Shown in pieces: positions 39,227-48,595 of a stretch of DNA of 64,000 bases (positions are counted from its first letter, which is position 1; each line of letters starts with the position of its first letter). Origin of the DNA: Patescibacteria group bacterium. GTDB lineage: Bacteria > Patescibacteriota > Patescibacteriia > PEXW01. The translations under genes and the position numbers were made by a program. The stretch is from NCBI GenBank assembly GCA_041671325.1, contig JBAZBR010000003.1, positions 4,506 to 68,505 of the forward strand, in the 5' to 3' direction. The notes beneath the pieces are model-generated. The model had not been told where the DNA came from and searched no databases. It saw nothing but the letters and a program-made list of their open reading frames with translations.

Positions 39227-39787
39227 ATGAGACAGAAAGGTAGACCGGTAATCGCAAAAGAGCCTTTTACCGCTAAGACCATTACTACTGATGGTGGTCG
39301 CATTCGGAAGGTCTTTCAGACATCCGATTCAGCGAACGTCCTGATATACATTGCGGATAAAGATCAGATTCTTTTGGTCCGCCAGCAGCGTGAAGCTATG
39401 GCACGCGTCGGTAATCCAAAAGGTTGGATTATTGAAAGCGTTGCCGGTCGTTTCGATCGGAAAGAATCTGTGCGTCGACTTCTTGCACGCGAAGCAAGTG
39501 AAGAAGTTGGCGGTACAATTCGTCCCAAGGATATTGTGCTCCTTAATAATGGTGCACCACTGGCGCTTTCGGCTGGTTGTCTGGTGGAAAAGGCATGGCT
39601 CGGTTATATCGCAATCACCAGTGACCAGCTGGAAAAGACTGATCGCCAGTATGGCTTGAAAGAAGAAGGCGAGAGCATTACCCGCGTCTTCTTGCCAGTT
39701 AGTGGGCTGGAGAACTTTACGTGCGAGGACGTCCGCGTTTTCGCGCTCCTCCAGTGGTTCTTACGGAAAATAATAGGCAAAAGATAA
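39227..39787 (+). CDS. Nudix hydrolase
   Basis: intact Nudix box GRFDRKESVRRLLAREASEEVGG. Confidence 0.75.
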   Translation: MRQKGRPVIAKEPFTAKTITTDGGRIRKVFQTSDSANVLIYIADKDQILLVRQQREAMARVGNPKGWIIESVAGRFDRKESVRRLLAREASEEVGGTIRPKDIVLLNNGAPLALSAGCLVEKAWLGYIAITSDQLEKTDRQYGLKEEGESITRVFLPVSGLENFTCEDVRVFALLQWFLRKIIGKR

Positions 39788-39802
39788 AGAAAGGAGGAAG
39801 CC

Positions 39803-41065
39803 GTGAGCTTCCAAAGGATATGGCGAGGAAGTGGCGAGCCAATCATTACCTCGCTACTCGACGTGGACTTCTACAAGTTCACCATGGGAAACTTCATCTA
39901 CCGATTTTATCGGGACGTGATTGTCGCCTTCGGCATGAAGAACCGGACTTCAGGTGTCCGCCTGGCCGACTTCATTAATGAGCAAGAGCTCCGGGCCGAG
40001 CTTGATCATATCCGCACGCTCCGTTTCACTCAGAGTGAGATCTACTACTTGCGTGGAATGGACGTCTATGGGAAGAATATGTTTTCGGAAGAGTACCTTG
40101 AGTATCTTAAGACGGTTCAGTTGCCGCCATATGATCTTAAGGTAGTCGATGGACAATTCGACCTGAAATTCACTGGCCCGTGGGCTGCGGTTTCCCTTTG
40201 GGAAACGATTGCTCTGTGTATCGTCAACGAGCTGTACTATCGTGCTCTACTCCGTGACTTAAGTCGATTTGACCGTCAGGCGATTTATGCTAATGGCACT
40301 CGTCGTCTGCACGACAAGATTGAAATTCTGAAACAGCATTTGCGCATCACTTTTATCGAGTTTGGTACGCGCCGCCGTTTTGGCCGGGTTTGGCAGAGCG
40401 ACGCTACTTGCGCCATGGCTGAGGAACTTCCGCCATCGCAATTCCGCGGCACGTCGAACACATATCTTGCGTTTAAGTACGGCCTAACCCCTGGGGGCAC
40501 CAATGCGCACGAGCTACAGATGGTGGTTGCCGCGTTAGCGAACTCGGATGCTGAACTTCTCGCTTCTACCGGTATCGTGCTTGATCAGTGGTTTAATATG
40601 TATGGACCAGGCCTTTCAATTGCGTTGCCCGACACTTTTGGATCCGAATTCTTCTTCAAAGTTTTTGGCGAAGAAAGGGCACGGAAGTGGAAAGGTACAC
40701 GCGAAGACTCTGCCGATCCCCTGACTGCTGGTGAAGAACGAATTCAGTACTATCGCAATTTCGGTATTGACCCGATGACGAAGCTCTGGTTGCCAAGTGA
40801 CGGGCTTGATCTTGGCAAAATCCTGAAGATCGACGAGTTGTATGGTGATCGCATAATCATCTCTTATGGCTGGGGCACGACGCTCACGAATGATTTGGGT
40901 TTGCCGACCTTATCGCTCGTGGCCAAAGCGATTGCCGCCAATGGCCGAGGGACCGTGAAGCTCTCTGATAACCTTCAGAAAGCTATGGGTCCGGCTGATC
41001 AAGTCGAACGATACAAACGCGTATTCGGGTATACCAATGCTCGAAGCGAAGTTTGTAAAGTCTGA
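39803..41065 (+). CDS. pncB: nicotinate phosphoribosyltransferase
   Basis: N-terminal LLDVDFYKFTMGNFIY; 420 aa; GTG start with RBS GGAGGAAG. Confidence 0.8.
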   Translation: MSFQRIWRGSGEPIITSLLDVDFYKFTMGNFIYRFYRDVIVAFGMKNRTSGVRLADFINEQELRAELDHIRTLRFTQSEIYYLRGMDVYGKNMFSEEYLEYLKTVQLPPYDLKVVDGQFDLKFTGPWAAVSLWETIALCIVNELYYRALLRDLSRFDRQAIYANGTRRLHDKIEILKQHLRITFIEFGTRRRFGRVWQSDATCAMAEELPPSQFRGTSNTYLAFKYGLTPGGTNAHELQMVVAALANSDAELLASTGIVLDQWFNMYGPGLSIALPDTFGSEFFFKVFGEERARKWKGTREDSADPLTAGEERIQYYRNFGIDPMTKLWLPSDGLDLGKILKIDELYGDRIIISYGWGTTLTNDLGLPTLSLVAKAIAANGRGTVKLSDNLQKAMGPADQVERYKRVFGYTNARSEVCKV

Positions 41066-41082
41066 GCAATACTTGCATATAG

Positions 41083-41120
41083 GTGGTGAGGCCGGTCAAT
41101 TGACTAGCCTCACCCCTTTT
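41083..41120 (+). terminator. terminator after pncB
   Basis: GGTGAGGCCGGTCAATTGACTAGCCTCACC followed by CCTTTTCTC. Confidence 0.45.
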
Positions 41121-41201
41121 CTCAAGTTATCAAATTAAAAATTGATAGTTTAAGAAAAAGTTCATTACAATTTTACAAATACGCATCTCCTAAATTTTGG
41201 G

Positions 41202-42023
41202 ATGTTAGAAAGCGAGGATGCAACAATGATGCCAAAAGATTTGATTTTGGTCAGACACGCCGAATCAGAAGGCAATTTAGCCAACAAACTTTCACGCGCG
41301 GGCGACCATAGCGCTTTTACCCCGGAATTTTCCCAGCGCCACAGTTCCAAATGGCGGCTAACCGATAAAGGGATTTATCAGGCGAAAAGTGCTGGTGAGT
41401 GGTTGGCTTCATATTTCCCCTTTACTTTTGAACGCCAGTACACTTCCGAATATCTTCGGGCCGTGGAAACCGCCATGTATTTAGGGCTCGGTGGTGAATG
41501 GTACTTGGATTTCAATTTACGCGAGCGTGATCAGGGAGTGATGGATGTTTTGCCGGACAACGAGCGCCAGAGCCGTTATGCTGAAGAGCTCCGTCGTCGG
41601 GAAATTGACAGTTTTTTCTGGGCGCCGGCTGGGGGCGAATCTTTAGCCCAAGCTTGTTTGCGCATTGATCGGGTGCTGACTACCCTGCACCGCGAGTGTA
41701 GCAACAAGCGCGTCATCATCGTTAACCATGGCGAAATCATGTGGGCTTTCCGGGTCAGGCTGGAGCGTATGACCCAGATAAGGTTCCATGAGTTGGATGC
41801 GTCTGAAGATCCTCTGGACCATATCCATAATTGCCAAATCCTTCACTATACCCGTATCAATCCATTTACTGGTGAAGAGGCGCGTTATATGAATTGGATG
41901 CGGTCAATTTGTCCTTGGGACACAACACTTTCGTCGAATGACTGGCAAGAAATCATCCGCCCGAGGTTTACAGACGCAGATCTGAGAACCTTGGTAGAAA
42001 GCACCCCGCGTCTGATTCAGTAA
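41202..42023 (+). CDS. histidine phosphatase family protein (PGM/SixA-like)
   Basis: LILVRHAESEGN RHG motif. Confidence 0.7.
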   Translation: MLESEDATMMPKDLILVRHAESEGNLANKLSRAGDHSAFTPEFSQRHSSKWRLTDKGIYQAKSAGEWLASYFPFTFERQYTSEYLRAVETAMYLGLGGEWYLDFNLRERDQGVMDVLPDNERQSRYAEELRRREIDSFFWAPAGGESLAQACLRIDRVLTTLHRECSNKRVIIVNHGEIMWAFRVRLERMTQIRFHELDASEDPLDHIHNCQILHYTRINPFTGEEARYMNWMRSICPWDTTLSSNDWQEIIRPRFTDADLRTLVESTPRLIQ

Positions 42024-42110
42024 TTTGGTTTCATATTTGTAAAACATCGGTGGTGGAATTCATCGGACTTCTACCACCCCTTATCTGAGTTACTAAAAAA
42101 TTTGGTGATT

Positions 42111-42156
42111 CAGATAAAGAAAAAGAGAAACAGTTCGTTAACTTTAATATAAAGGA
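42111..42156 (+). promoter_or_regulatory. conserved promoter/leader motif, copy 1
   Basis: CAGATAAAGAAAAAGAGAAACAGTTCGTTAACTTTAATATAAAGGA; paralogous motif at 43005-43057. Confidence 0.4.
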
Positions 42157-42163
42157 TTAATAC

Positions 42164-42931
42164 ATGAAGATCATTTATTGGTTGGAAGAATACCCAGCAA
42201 CTTGTCAGAAGTCAGTATTCTTGGCTGGACCAACAGCACGACAAGGCGAAACGCCTTCTTGGCGTCCAGCTGCGGTGGAAGCATTACGTAACCTAGGATA
42301 CGATGGGCAGATTTTCATCCCCGAGCCCAGACCTGGCCAAAGCTGGCCAACCTACGATCAACATGACGCGGTAGTTGATTGGGAAGTAAATGGGCTCAAT
42401 CGAGCTGATTGCATTTTCTTTTGGGTACCGCGTGATGAGAAGGTTTTACCGGGGTTCACAACCAATATTGAATTCGGTGATTTTTTCAAGTCAGGTCGAG
42501 TGGTTCTCGGCGCTCCGGAGACAGCCGTAAGGATGCATTACATGAAATATCGTGGACTAAAAGAAAGCGGTATTATCATGCAGAGCAGTTTAATAAACAC
42601 GGCCGAACAAGCTATACGGTTGATAGGGGTTGGTGCATTAAGAGAAGGAACGGAAGTTCTTGTACCTGCAAATATCTGGATGAACAAAACTTTCCAATAT
42701 TGGTATGAGGAAGTCCGTCCAGTTGGTTATAAGCTTCGTTATGCAATACCCTTGATGGCCCAATATGACGAAAGACATATACTCAGGTCCTTTGCCATAA
42801 AAATTGGCATTGGTGAAATCGATGGTCAACTTAATCGAGACCTTTTCTTATTTGGAAGCCCGGAAGGTTTCTATCTTAATAGTTCCGGTGGTTCTGTCCA
42901 GAACAGAGGAGGTAAATTCACGATCTTTTAG
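42164..42931 (+). CDS. nucleoside 2-deoxyribosyltransferase-like protein
   Basis: VFLAGPTARQG ... ADCIFFWVPRD ... TNIEFGDF pattern resembles NDT family. Confidence 0.4.
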   Translation: MKIIYWLEEYPATCQKSVFLAGPTARQGETPSWRPAAVEALRNLGYDGQIFIPEPRPGQSWPTYDQHDAVVDWEVNGLNRADCIFFWVPRDEKVLPGFTTNIEFGDFFKSGRVVLGAPETAVRMHYMKYRGLKESGIIMQSSLINTAEQAIRLIGVGALREGTEVLVPANIWMNKTFQYWYEEVRPVGYKLRYAIPLMAQYDERHILRSFAIKIGIGEIDGQLNRDLFLFGSPEGFYLNSSGGSVQNRGGKFTIF

Positions 42932-43004
42932 AAAATTGAAGAGTGCAGGAATTGGAAATTTTTCTGTCCCTGCACCCTTTATCCAAGCCGTTAAGATATT
43001 GGCG

Positions 43005-43057
43005 GTTTAGATAAAGAAAAAAGAAAAAAGTTCTTAACATTATATTTCACAAGGAGT
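43005..43057 (+). promoter_or_regulatory. conserved promoter/leader motif, copy 2
   Basis: TTAGATAAAGAAAAAAGAAAAAAGTTCTTAACATTATATTTCACAAGGAG. Confidence 0.4.
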
Positions 43058-43061
43058 TGCC

Positions 43062-43610
43062 ATGAATTTTCCGGAAACCCTGTTGAACCCCAGAATTCGA
43101 TTGGTTCGGGCAAACGTGGGCGATGCCGAACGGATTCTTGCTGCGTTGGAACCGAGCTCAACGCAAAACCTCAGTTTTTTTTCGAAAAAGATAGACCTAG
43201 AAAAGCAACGTAAATATCTTGCAAGTCAATGTGCCAGTGACGATAATTGGCTATGGGTTGTTGAACGTATCAGCGACGGCATGATTCTTGGCACTGCCGG
43301 TCTGCACGAAATCGACAGAGTCAATCATAATGCCCGTCTTGGTTTTCTTATCTTCCGCAAAGAACATCGAGGCCAAGGCTATGGCACCGAAACTATTGTG
43401 CAGGTTTTACGCCAGGCCTTTATGGTTTTTAGGCTGAACAAGGTTTATCTGAAAGTATTTACCAGCAATCCTATGGCAGACCATTATCGAAAAATGGGTT
43501 TTGTTGACGAGGGTGTTCTCCTTCAGGAATATTGTTTAAAAGGAGAATACCACGACATGTTTCGATTGGCCTTTTTGAAAGCTGACTGGCGCGCGAAGAT
43601 CTTGGCATGA
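43062..43610 (+). CDS. GNAT-family N-acetyltransferase (RimJ/RimL-like)
   Basis: acetyl-CoA motif FRKEHRGQGYGTE. Confidence 0.75.
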   Translation: MNFPETLLNPRIRLVRANVGDAERILAALEPSSTQNLSFFSKKIDLEKQRKYLASQCASDDNWLWVVERISDGMILGTAGLHEIDRVNHNARLGFLIFRKEHRGQGYGTETIVQVLRQAFMVFRLNKVYLKVFTSNPMADHYRKMGFVDEGVLLQEYCLKGEYHDMFRLAFLKADWRAKILA

Positions 43611-43750
43611 AATCAAAAAGCGGTCGTTTTGGTTGGAGGAAGGTAACCCTTTCCTCCAACCAATCCTTAATTGATTCGCAAAAATAATTTTGGCGGATGA
43701 ATTAAAGAAAAAGCAAATTGAAAATAAAATAATCAGAAAGGAGACGCGCT

Positions 43751-45754
43751 TTGTCTACTACCACAGGAGCTTTTTTGGACATACGCAAACACGGCTTTGT
43801 ACGGGTGGCGGCGATTGTCCCGGAAGTGACTTTGTCAAATCCGTTACAGAATGCCCAAAATCACCTGCGCTACTTGCGGCAAGCTTATGAACAAGGCGCC
43901 ATGTATGCGGTCTGTCCGGAATTGGGGCTGACTGGCTACAGTAATGGCGATTTATTCTTTTCTCATGTTTTGATCGAAGCCGCATTGAAAGCGCTTAGGT
44001 TTCTGCTAGCGGAAAGCCGGTCAATGGACATGGTCATATCAGTGGGCATGCCATTGATCGTCGACGAACAGCTTTATAATTGCGCGGTGACCTTTTGTAA
44101 AGGTCAAATTTTGGGAATTACGCCCAAAGCCTATCCGCCAGAGTACCGGGAGTTTTATGAAGCTCGACATTTTGCTCGGGCTAGTAATGCCCGGAGTACC
44201 ACGGTGGAAATCTTAGGCCAATTAGTTCCATTTGGCACAGATATCCTGATTCGCTGTACGCAATATCCCAACCTGGTGATATTCACTGAAATTTGTGAAG
44301 ACCTTTGGGTGCCTATCCCGCCAAGTTCACACGCGGCGCTGGCTGGGGCAACGGTCTTGGCAAACTTGTCAGCTTCCAACATCACTATTGGCAAGGATGA
44401 GTATCGTCGCCAGTTAGTCGTCGCTTCTTCCGGCCGCAACCTGGCCGTGCAGATTTACTGCGCAACCGGGTTTGGCGAATCAACCGCTGATTTGGCCTGG
44501 GATGGAGCGGTCTGTATTGCCTCTGGCGGTAAATTACTCAAGACCAACCAGCGCTTTTTAATTGGCGGTTCATGTACGGTTACCGATGTTGATTTGCATC
44601 AGCTCATGCTTAACCGTCGCCAGAGTTCATTTCGCCAGAACGGAACCGACCATGCGCGGATATTCCGCACGGTTGAGTATCATGCTCCGTTGGGTATTTT
44701 GAATAAATCGATATTCGAGAAATTCATTTACCCAATCGAAGCTTTTCCGTTTGTGCCAAATAACCCGGCTGACCGCGATGAGCGTTGTCAGGAAACCTTC
44801 AATATCCAGACCAGCAGCCTGGCCCGGCGGTTAAAGGTATTTCCAACAGATCGTCAGAAATTGATCCTTGGTTTATCTGGCGGCCAGGATTCTACCCACG
44901 CCTTACTGGTGGCCGCCTATACCATGGACTTGCTTGGCTTGCCGCGAACTAACATTATCGCCTTGACCATGCCGGGATTTGGGACGACCGAACGGACCAA
45001 AGGCAATGCCCAAAAGTTGGCGGAAGCCCTGGGTGTCACCTTTCGGGAAATTTCTATAGTTGAGCTGACCAATGTCCTGCTTAAGAGCATTGGTCACGAT
45101 ATGTCAGTCAGGAATTCAACTTATGAAAATTCCCAAGCTTGGGCTCGCAAATTCGTCGAGTTAGCTTTAGCCGGCGATGAAGGCGCCATGGACTTAGGCA
45201 CGGGCGATCTTTCGGAATTGGCGCTGGGTTGGACTACCATGTTTGGCGATCACGCCTCGCATTATAACCCCAATCCCGGGGTACCCAAGACGCTGATTAG
45301 TCACCTTATGCGTTGGACTGCCGAGCATGTTTTTGCGAAAGAAACTGCGGTTCAGAAAGTACTTTTGGATATTCTGGCCACGCCCATCTCACCTGAACTG
45401 CAACCAGCCGGGGCTGATGGCCAGATTGTTCAAAAAACCGAGGACATCAATGGTCCTTACGAATTGCATGATTTCTTCCTTTACCACTTTGTGCGTTTTG
45501 GCCGTTCGCCCCTGACCATTGCCAGGTTGGCGATGCAGGCGTTTCAAGATCGGTATACTTTGGCCGAAATTAAGAAGTGGTTGGGCGTATTCCTGCGTAA
45601 GTTCTTTGCTAACCAGTTCAAACGGGACTGTCTGCCCAATGGGCCCAAGGTTGGTTTAACCTCCTTATCGCCCAGGGGTGATTGGCGCATGCCGCCCGAG
45701 GCTGATTCGACAATTTGGTTGGATGACCTCGCGAAAATTCCCGATGAATTGTAA
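43751..45754 (+). CDS. nadE: glutamine-dependent NAD+ synthetase (CN-hydrolase plus synthetase domains), TTG start
   Basis: nitrilase-like N-domain (VRVAAIVPE ... FTEICEDLWVP) and P-loop LILGLSGGQDSTH; 667 aa. Confidence 0.88.
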   Translation: MSTTTGAFLDIRKHGFVRVAAIVPEVTLSNPLQNAQNHLRYLRQAYEQGAMYAVCPELGLTGYSNGDLFFSHVLIEAALKALRFLLAESRSMDMVISVGMPLIVDEQLYNCAVTFCKGQILGITPKAYPPEYREFYEARHFARASNARSTTVEILGQLVPFGTDILIRCTQYPNLVIFTEICEDLWVPIPPSSHAALAGATVLANLSASNITIGKDEYRRQLVVASSGRNLAVQIYCATGFGESTADLAWDGAVCIASGGKLLKTNQRFLIGGSCTVTDVDLHQLMLNRRQSSFRQNGTDHARIFRTVEYHAPLGILNKSIFEKFIYPIEAFPFVPNNPADRDERCQETFNIQTSSLARRLKVFPTDRQKLILGLSGGQDSTHALLVAAYTMDLLGLPRTNIIALTMPGFGTTERTKGNAQKLAEALGVTFREISIVELTNVLLKSIGHDMSVRNSTYENSQAWARKFVELALAGDEGAMDLGTGDLSELALGWTTMFGDHASHYNPNPGVPKTLISHLMRWTAEHVFAKETAVQKVLLDILATPISPELQPAGADGQIVQKTEDINGPYELHDFFLYHFVRFGRSPLTIARLAMQAFQDRYTLAEIKKWLGVFLRKFFANQFKRDCLPNGPKVGLTSLSPRGDWRMPPEADSTIWLDDLAKIPDEL

Positions 45755-45875
45755 TTTGCTATTTGAAAAACCGACTCCCAAAAGGGGCCGGTTTTTTTTA
45801 TTTGTTTATCATTATAAAAAGGACATCCGTCTTGGATGCCCTTAAGGTTCAATTAGAATCGTCTTTGTCATAGCC

Positions 45876-46235
45876 TTAGTCATTGGCTTTCCGGTAATAA
45901 ATATCCCTGGGTGGAATGGATTTTTTAGGTTTAAATTTTGGCATGAGCCATAGGAATATGAGACTAAATGCCACACCGATCGCCAAGCATATACTTATGG
46001 TTTGCCAAGCCTTGATTCCCTCAAAATACAGAACTATAGCACTAGTGATCAGGCAAACACTAGTAATGCCCATGCCCAGATTAGCCATGGCTGGAATTAT
46101 CGCAGGTTTCAAGGTGCTTTTGCGAATCATAAAGAATGACACAACGAAGAGCAAGTTTAAAAAAGTCAGTATTACGAGCATGATAAGATTGTCAGTGCTC
46201 ATCTTTCCTCCAGTTTGAAATTGTGCAAAGAACAA
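45876..46235 (-). CDS. small membrane protein
   Basis: 119 aa, 3 hydrophobic helices. Confidence 0.4.
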   Translation of the reverse strand: MFFAQFQTGGKMSTDNLIMLVILTFLNLLFVVSFFMIRKSTLKPAIIPAMANLGMGITSVCLITSAIVLYFEGIKAWQTISICLAIGVAFSLIFLWLMPKFKPKKSIPPRDIYYRKAND

Positions 46236-46338
46236 TTCAAGAAAACCTTAGTAGAAAACCCTGATTTAGTCAATTCCCCATGCTTATTTATTAATACAAA
46301 ATTGGCGTGGGGGTCAAACTTCCCCAGCTATAGTTTGA

Positions 46339-46623
46339 GTGCTAGGCTTAAAAATATCCAGCATATTTAACCTTTATTTTGAAAGCGAGGTGAATCGTAT
46401 GAAAGGATTAAATATATTTGATTGGATCGCTATTGTTTTGTTGGTCATTGGCGGAATAAATTGGGGCCTGGTGGGCCTGACAAATTTTGATATTGTCGAA
46501 ACAATTTTTGGCGGAATAAATTTTGGAGCTCGATTTGTTTATGTCTTGGTCGGCTTGGCCGCAATTTATTTGGGCGCGGTTTCAGTCCAATTCAGCCGCA
46601 AGGATTTACCGCCGAATTTATAG
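46339..46623 (+). CDS. DUF378-family small membrane protein
   Basis: MKGLNIFDWIAIVLLVIGGINWGLVGL. Confidence 0.6.
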   Translation: MLGLKISSIFNLYFESEVNRMKGLNIFDWIAIVLLVIGGINWGLVGLTNFDIVETIFGGINFGARFVYVLVGLAAIYLGAVSVQFSRKDLPPNL

Positions 46624-46635
46624 TATAGTAAAAGA

Positions 46636-47253
46636 ATGAAAGTGATTTTCGCCTCCCATAATCCGGGCAAGATTAAAGAAATGAACGCTATCCTAGCGGA
46701 TTTAGGCATTGAAGCAATTGGCGCGGAAGCCGCCGGGATCAGCCTGGAACCGGAAGAAAACGGCAAGACTTTTGCGGAGAATGCATTGCTTAAAGCCAGG
46801 TTTGTTTTAGAAAAAATTAAGGAGAAGACTTGGGTTATCGCTGATGATTCGGGCTTGTGTATCCACGCGCTGAATGGCGCGCCAGGGGTTTTTTCTGCAC
46901 GCTGGGCAGGCGAAGGCGTTAGTTCTAAAGAAATGGTTAGTCACACTTTAGAAGAGTTAAAAGACGTGCCTGAACCAATGCGCACTGCATGGATGGAGTC
47001 TGCTGTAGTTTTGATTTCGCCCGATGGGCAGGAATGGACTTTTGATGGCCGGGTTTACGGCCTAATCAGCTTTGTCCCCAAAGGCGCTCCCAGGAGCAAA
47101 ATGCCATACGATGCGATTTTTATTCCCCGGAATTTTACTAAAACTTTTGCGGAAATGACTGATGAAGAAAAGAATTCCTTAAGCCACCGCGGCGAAGCTT
47201 TCCGGAAAATGAAATACTTCATCAAGAAAAATTTAGACTTGTTTTCAAAATAA
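46636..47253 (+). CDS. rdgB: non-canonical purine NTP pyrophosphatase (RdgB/HAM1)
   Basis: MKVIFASHNPGKIKEMNAIL ... DDSGLCIHALNGAPGVFSARW. Confidence 0.85.
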   Translation: MKVIFASHNPGKIKEMNAILADLGIEAIGAEAAGISLEPEENGKTFAENALLKARFVLEKIKEKTWVIADDSGLCIHALNGAPGVFSARWAGEGVSSKEMVSHTLEELKDVPEPMRTAWMESAVVLISPDGQEWTFDGRVYGLISFVPKGAPRSKMPYDAIFIPRNFTKTFAEMTDEEKNSLSHRGEAFRKMKYFIKKNLDLFSK

Positions 47254-48248
47254 TGCCAAAAAACTTGATTAAAAACTGGGGTGAGAAAATTGCCAAACAG
47301 AATAATTTTCTGCATTCTCGAAAGATTTACCAAGCCAGGACGCAAACTAATGACCAGATCCGGAATGTAATTTATTCTGGGTTATTCAAGAAAAAACCGG
47401 CGATTTTAAAAATTTACAATGAAGGCAAGTCGACTGATGAACCCTTAGCCCTAGAAGCTTTTAACCGGCTTAACCGCAGTAAAAATTTAAAAGCTCCCAA
47501 GCTTTTTAAATACAAGATTTTATCCTTGAACAGCGGCTGGTTGATTGAACAAGAGCTAATTCTGGGTAAATTTTTAAAATCGCCGCTCTCCACTTCCGAA
47601 AGACAGGAATTTTTAAAGGTTTATTTGGAATACCGGAAAACTTTTCCAACCAGGCCGCATCGAAATTTGCTTTTAAACGAAAAACTTACAGCCAACCTTT
47701 TCCACCTGCATCGTATTCCCCACTGGCTGCAAATGGCTATCAATAAAGAAGAGAAAAACCAAAACAGGAAAGCGCCTTCAGTTTTATTGGCAAAAGAATT
47801 TGCGCCCAGATTTGAAAAAGGTTTGGAAATAATCAATCGGGAATTTAAAAACCGAAAAATGTTGTGGTGCCATGGGCATTTCAAACCAAAGGAAATTTTT
47901 AAAGGCATGGATGGCAGATATTATTTAACGGATTTTGCCCATGTCAAAATGTATCCCGAGGGTTATGAACTGGCTTTTATGGTTTGGGCGGATTGGTTAA
48001 TGCCCGGTGATTGGAAATTACCTTATGCCAAATGGAAAAAGCCGGTTTTTGCTTGGATAAAGGATTTAAAAAAGCTGGCAAAGGTATTAAAAATAAAAAG
48101 ATTCAACGACTTAATAAAAGCCAGCTTGATTGAAAGGATTTTTGGCGCGATTTTGGCAGATGTGGTTGCCCGGGATTGGTCTTTGAAAGAAAAAAGACAA
48201 AGGTTGAAATTATTGTATAAATTATTTGATGAATTAGTTAAGCCATGA
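47253..48248 (+). CDS. APH/choline-kinase-like phosphotransferase-fold protein (variant catalytic motif)
   Basis: WCHGHFKPKEIF in place of HGDxxxxN; LTDFAHV in place of DFE/DFG. Confidence 0.4.
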   Translation: MPKNLIKNWGEKIAKQNNFLHSRKIYQARTQTNDQIRNVIYSGLFKKKPAILKIYNEGKSTDEPLALEAFNRLNRSKNLKAPKLFKYKILSLNSGWLIEQELILGKFLKSPLSTSERQEFLKVYLEYRKTFPTRPHRNLLLNEKLTANLFHLHRIPHWLQMAINKEEKNQNRKAPSVLLAKEFAPRFEKGLEIINREFKNRKMLWCHGHFKPKEIFKGMDGRYYLTDFAHVKMYPEGYELAFMVWADWLMPGDWKLPYAKWKKPVFAWIKDLKKLAKVLKIKRFNDLIKASLIERIFGAILADVVARDWSLKEKRQRLKLLYKLFDELVKP

Positions 48249-48577
48249 AACCCAAATCAAATTTTTACGCCTTGGTTTATGCCATGGTCAAAAAGATCCC
48301 TCGGGGCAAAGTTGCCACTTATGGCCAAATTGCTTCTTTAATTGGCTCACCCAAAGCCGCCCAAATGGTGGGTTGGGCTTTACATGCTTTGGATGAAAAT
48401 CCTCATCCAGAAGTGCCGTGGCAAAGAGTAATAAATCGTTTAGGCTTTATTTCCACTACTTGTCTTGAACACACGGCTGACGAACAAGCCTGGCTTTTAC
48501 AAAAAGAAGGCGTTAAAGTAGTCAAAAAAGAAAAGATGTGGTTTGTTGACCTAGATAAATATTTATGGAAAAAGTAA
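48245..48577 (+). CDS. MGMT-family DNA-binding domain protein lacking the catalytic Cys (Atl/YbaZ-like)
   Basis: PRGKVATYGQIASLIG ... PWQRVIN (PCHRV replaced by PWQRV). Confidence 0.65.
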   Translation: MKPKSNFYALVYAMVKKIPRGKVATYGQIASLIGSPKAAQMVGWALHALDENPHPEVPWQRVINRLGFISTTCLEHTADEQAWLLQKEGVKVVKKEKMWFVDLDKYLWKK

Positions 48578-48595
48578 ACAGTAATAATTTTTTTT

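Noticed and set aside
43758-45097. Minus-strand ORFs inside nadE (43758-43985, 44155-44439, 44903-45097)
   Set aside because: They are antisense to a strongly supported NadE gene.
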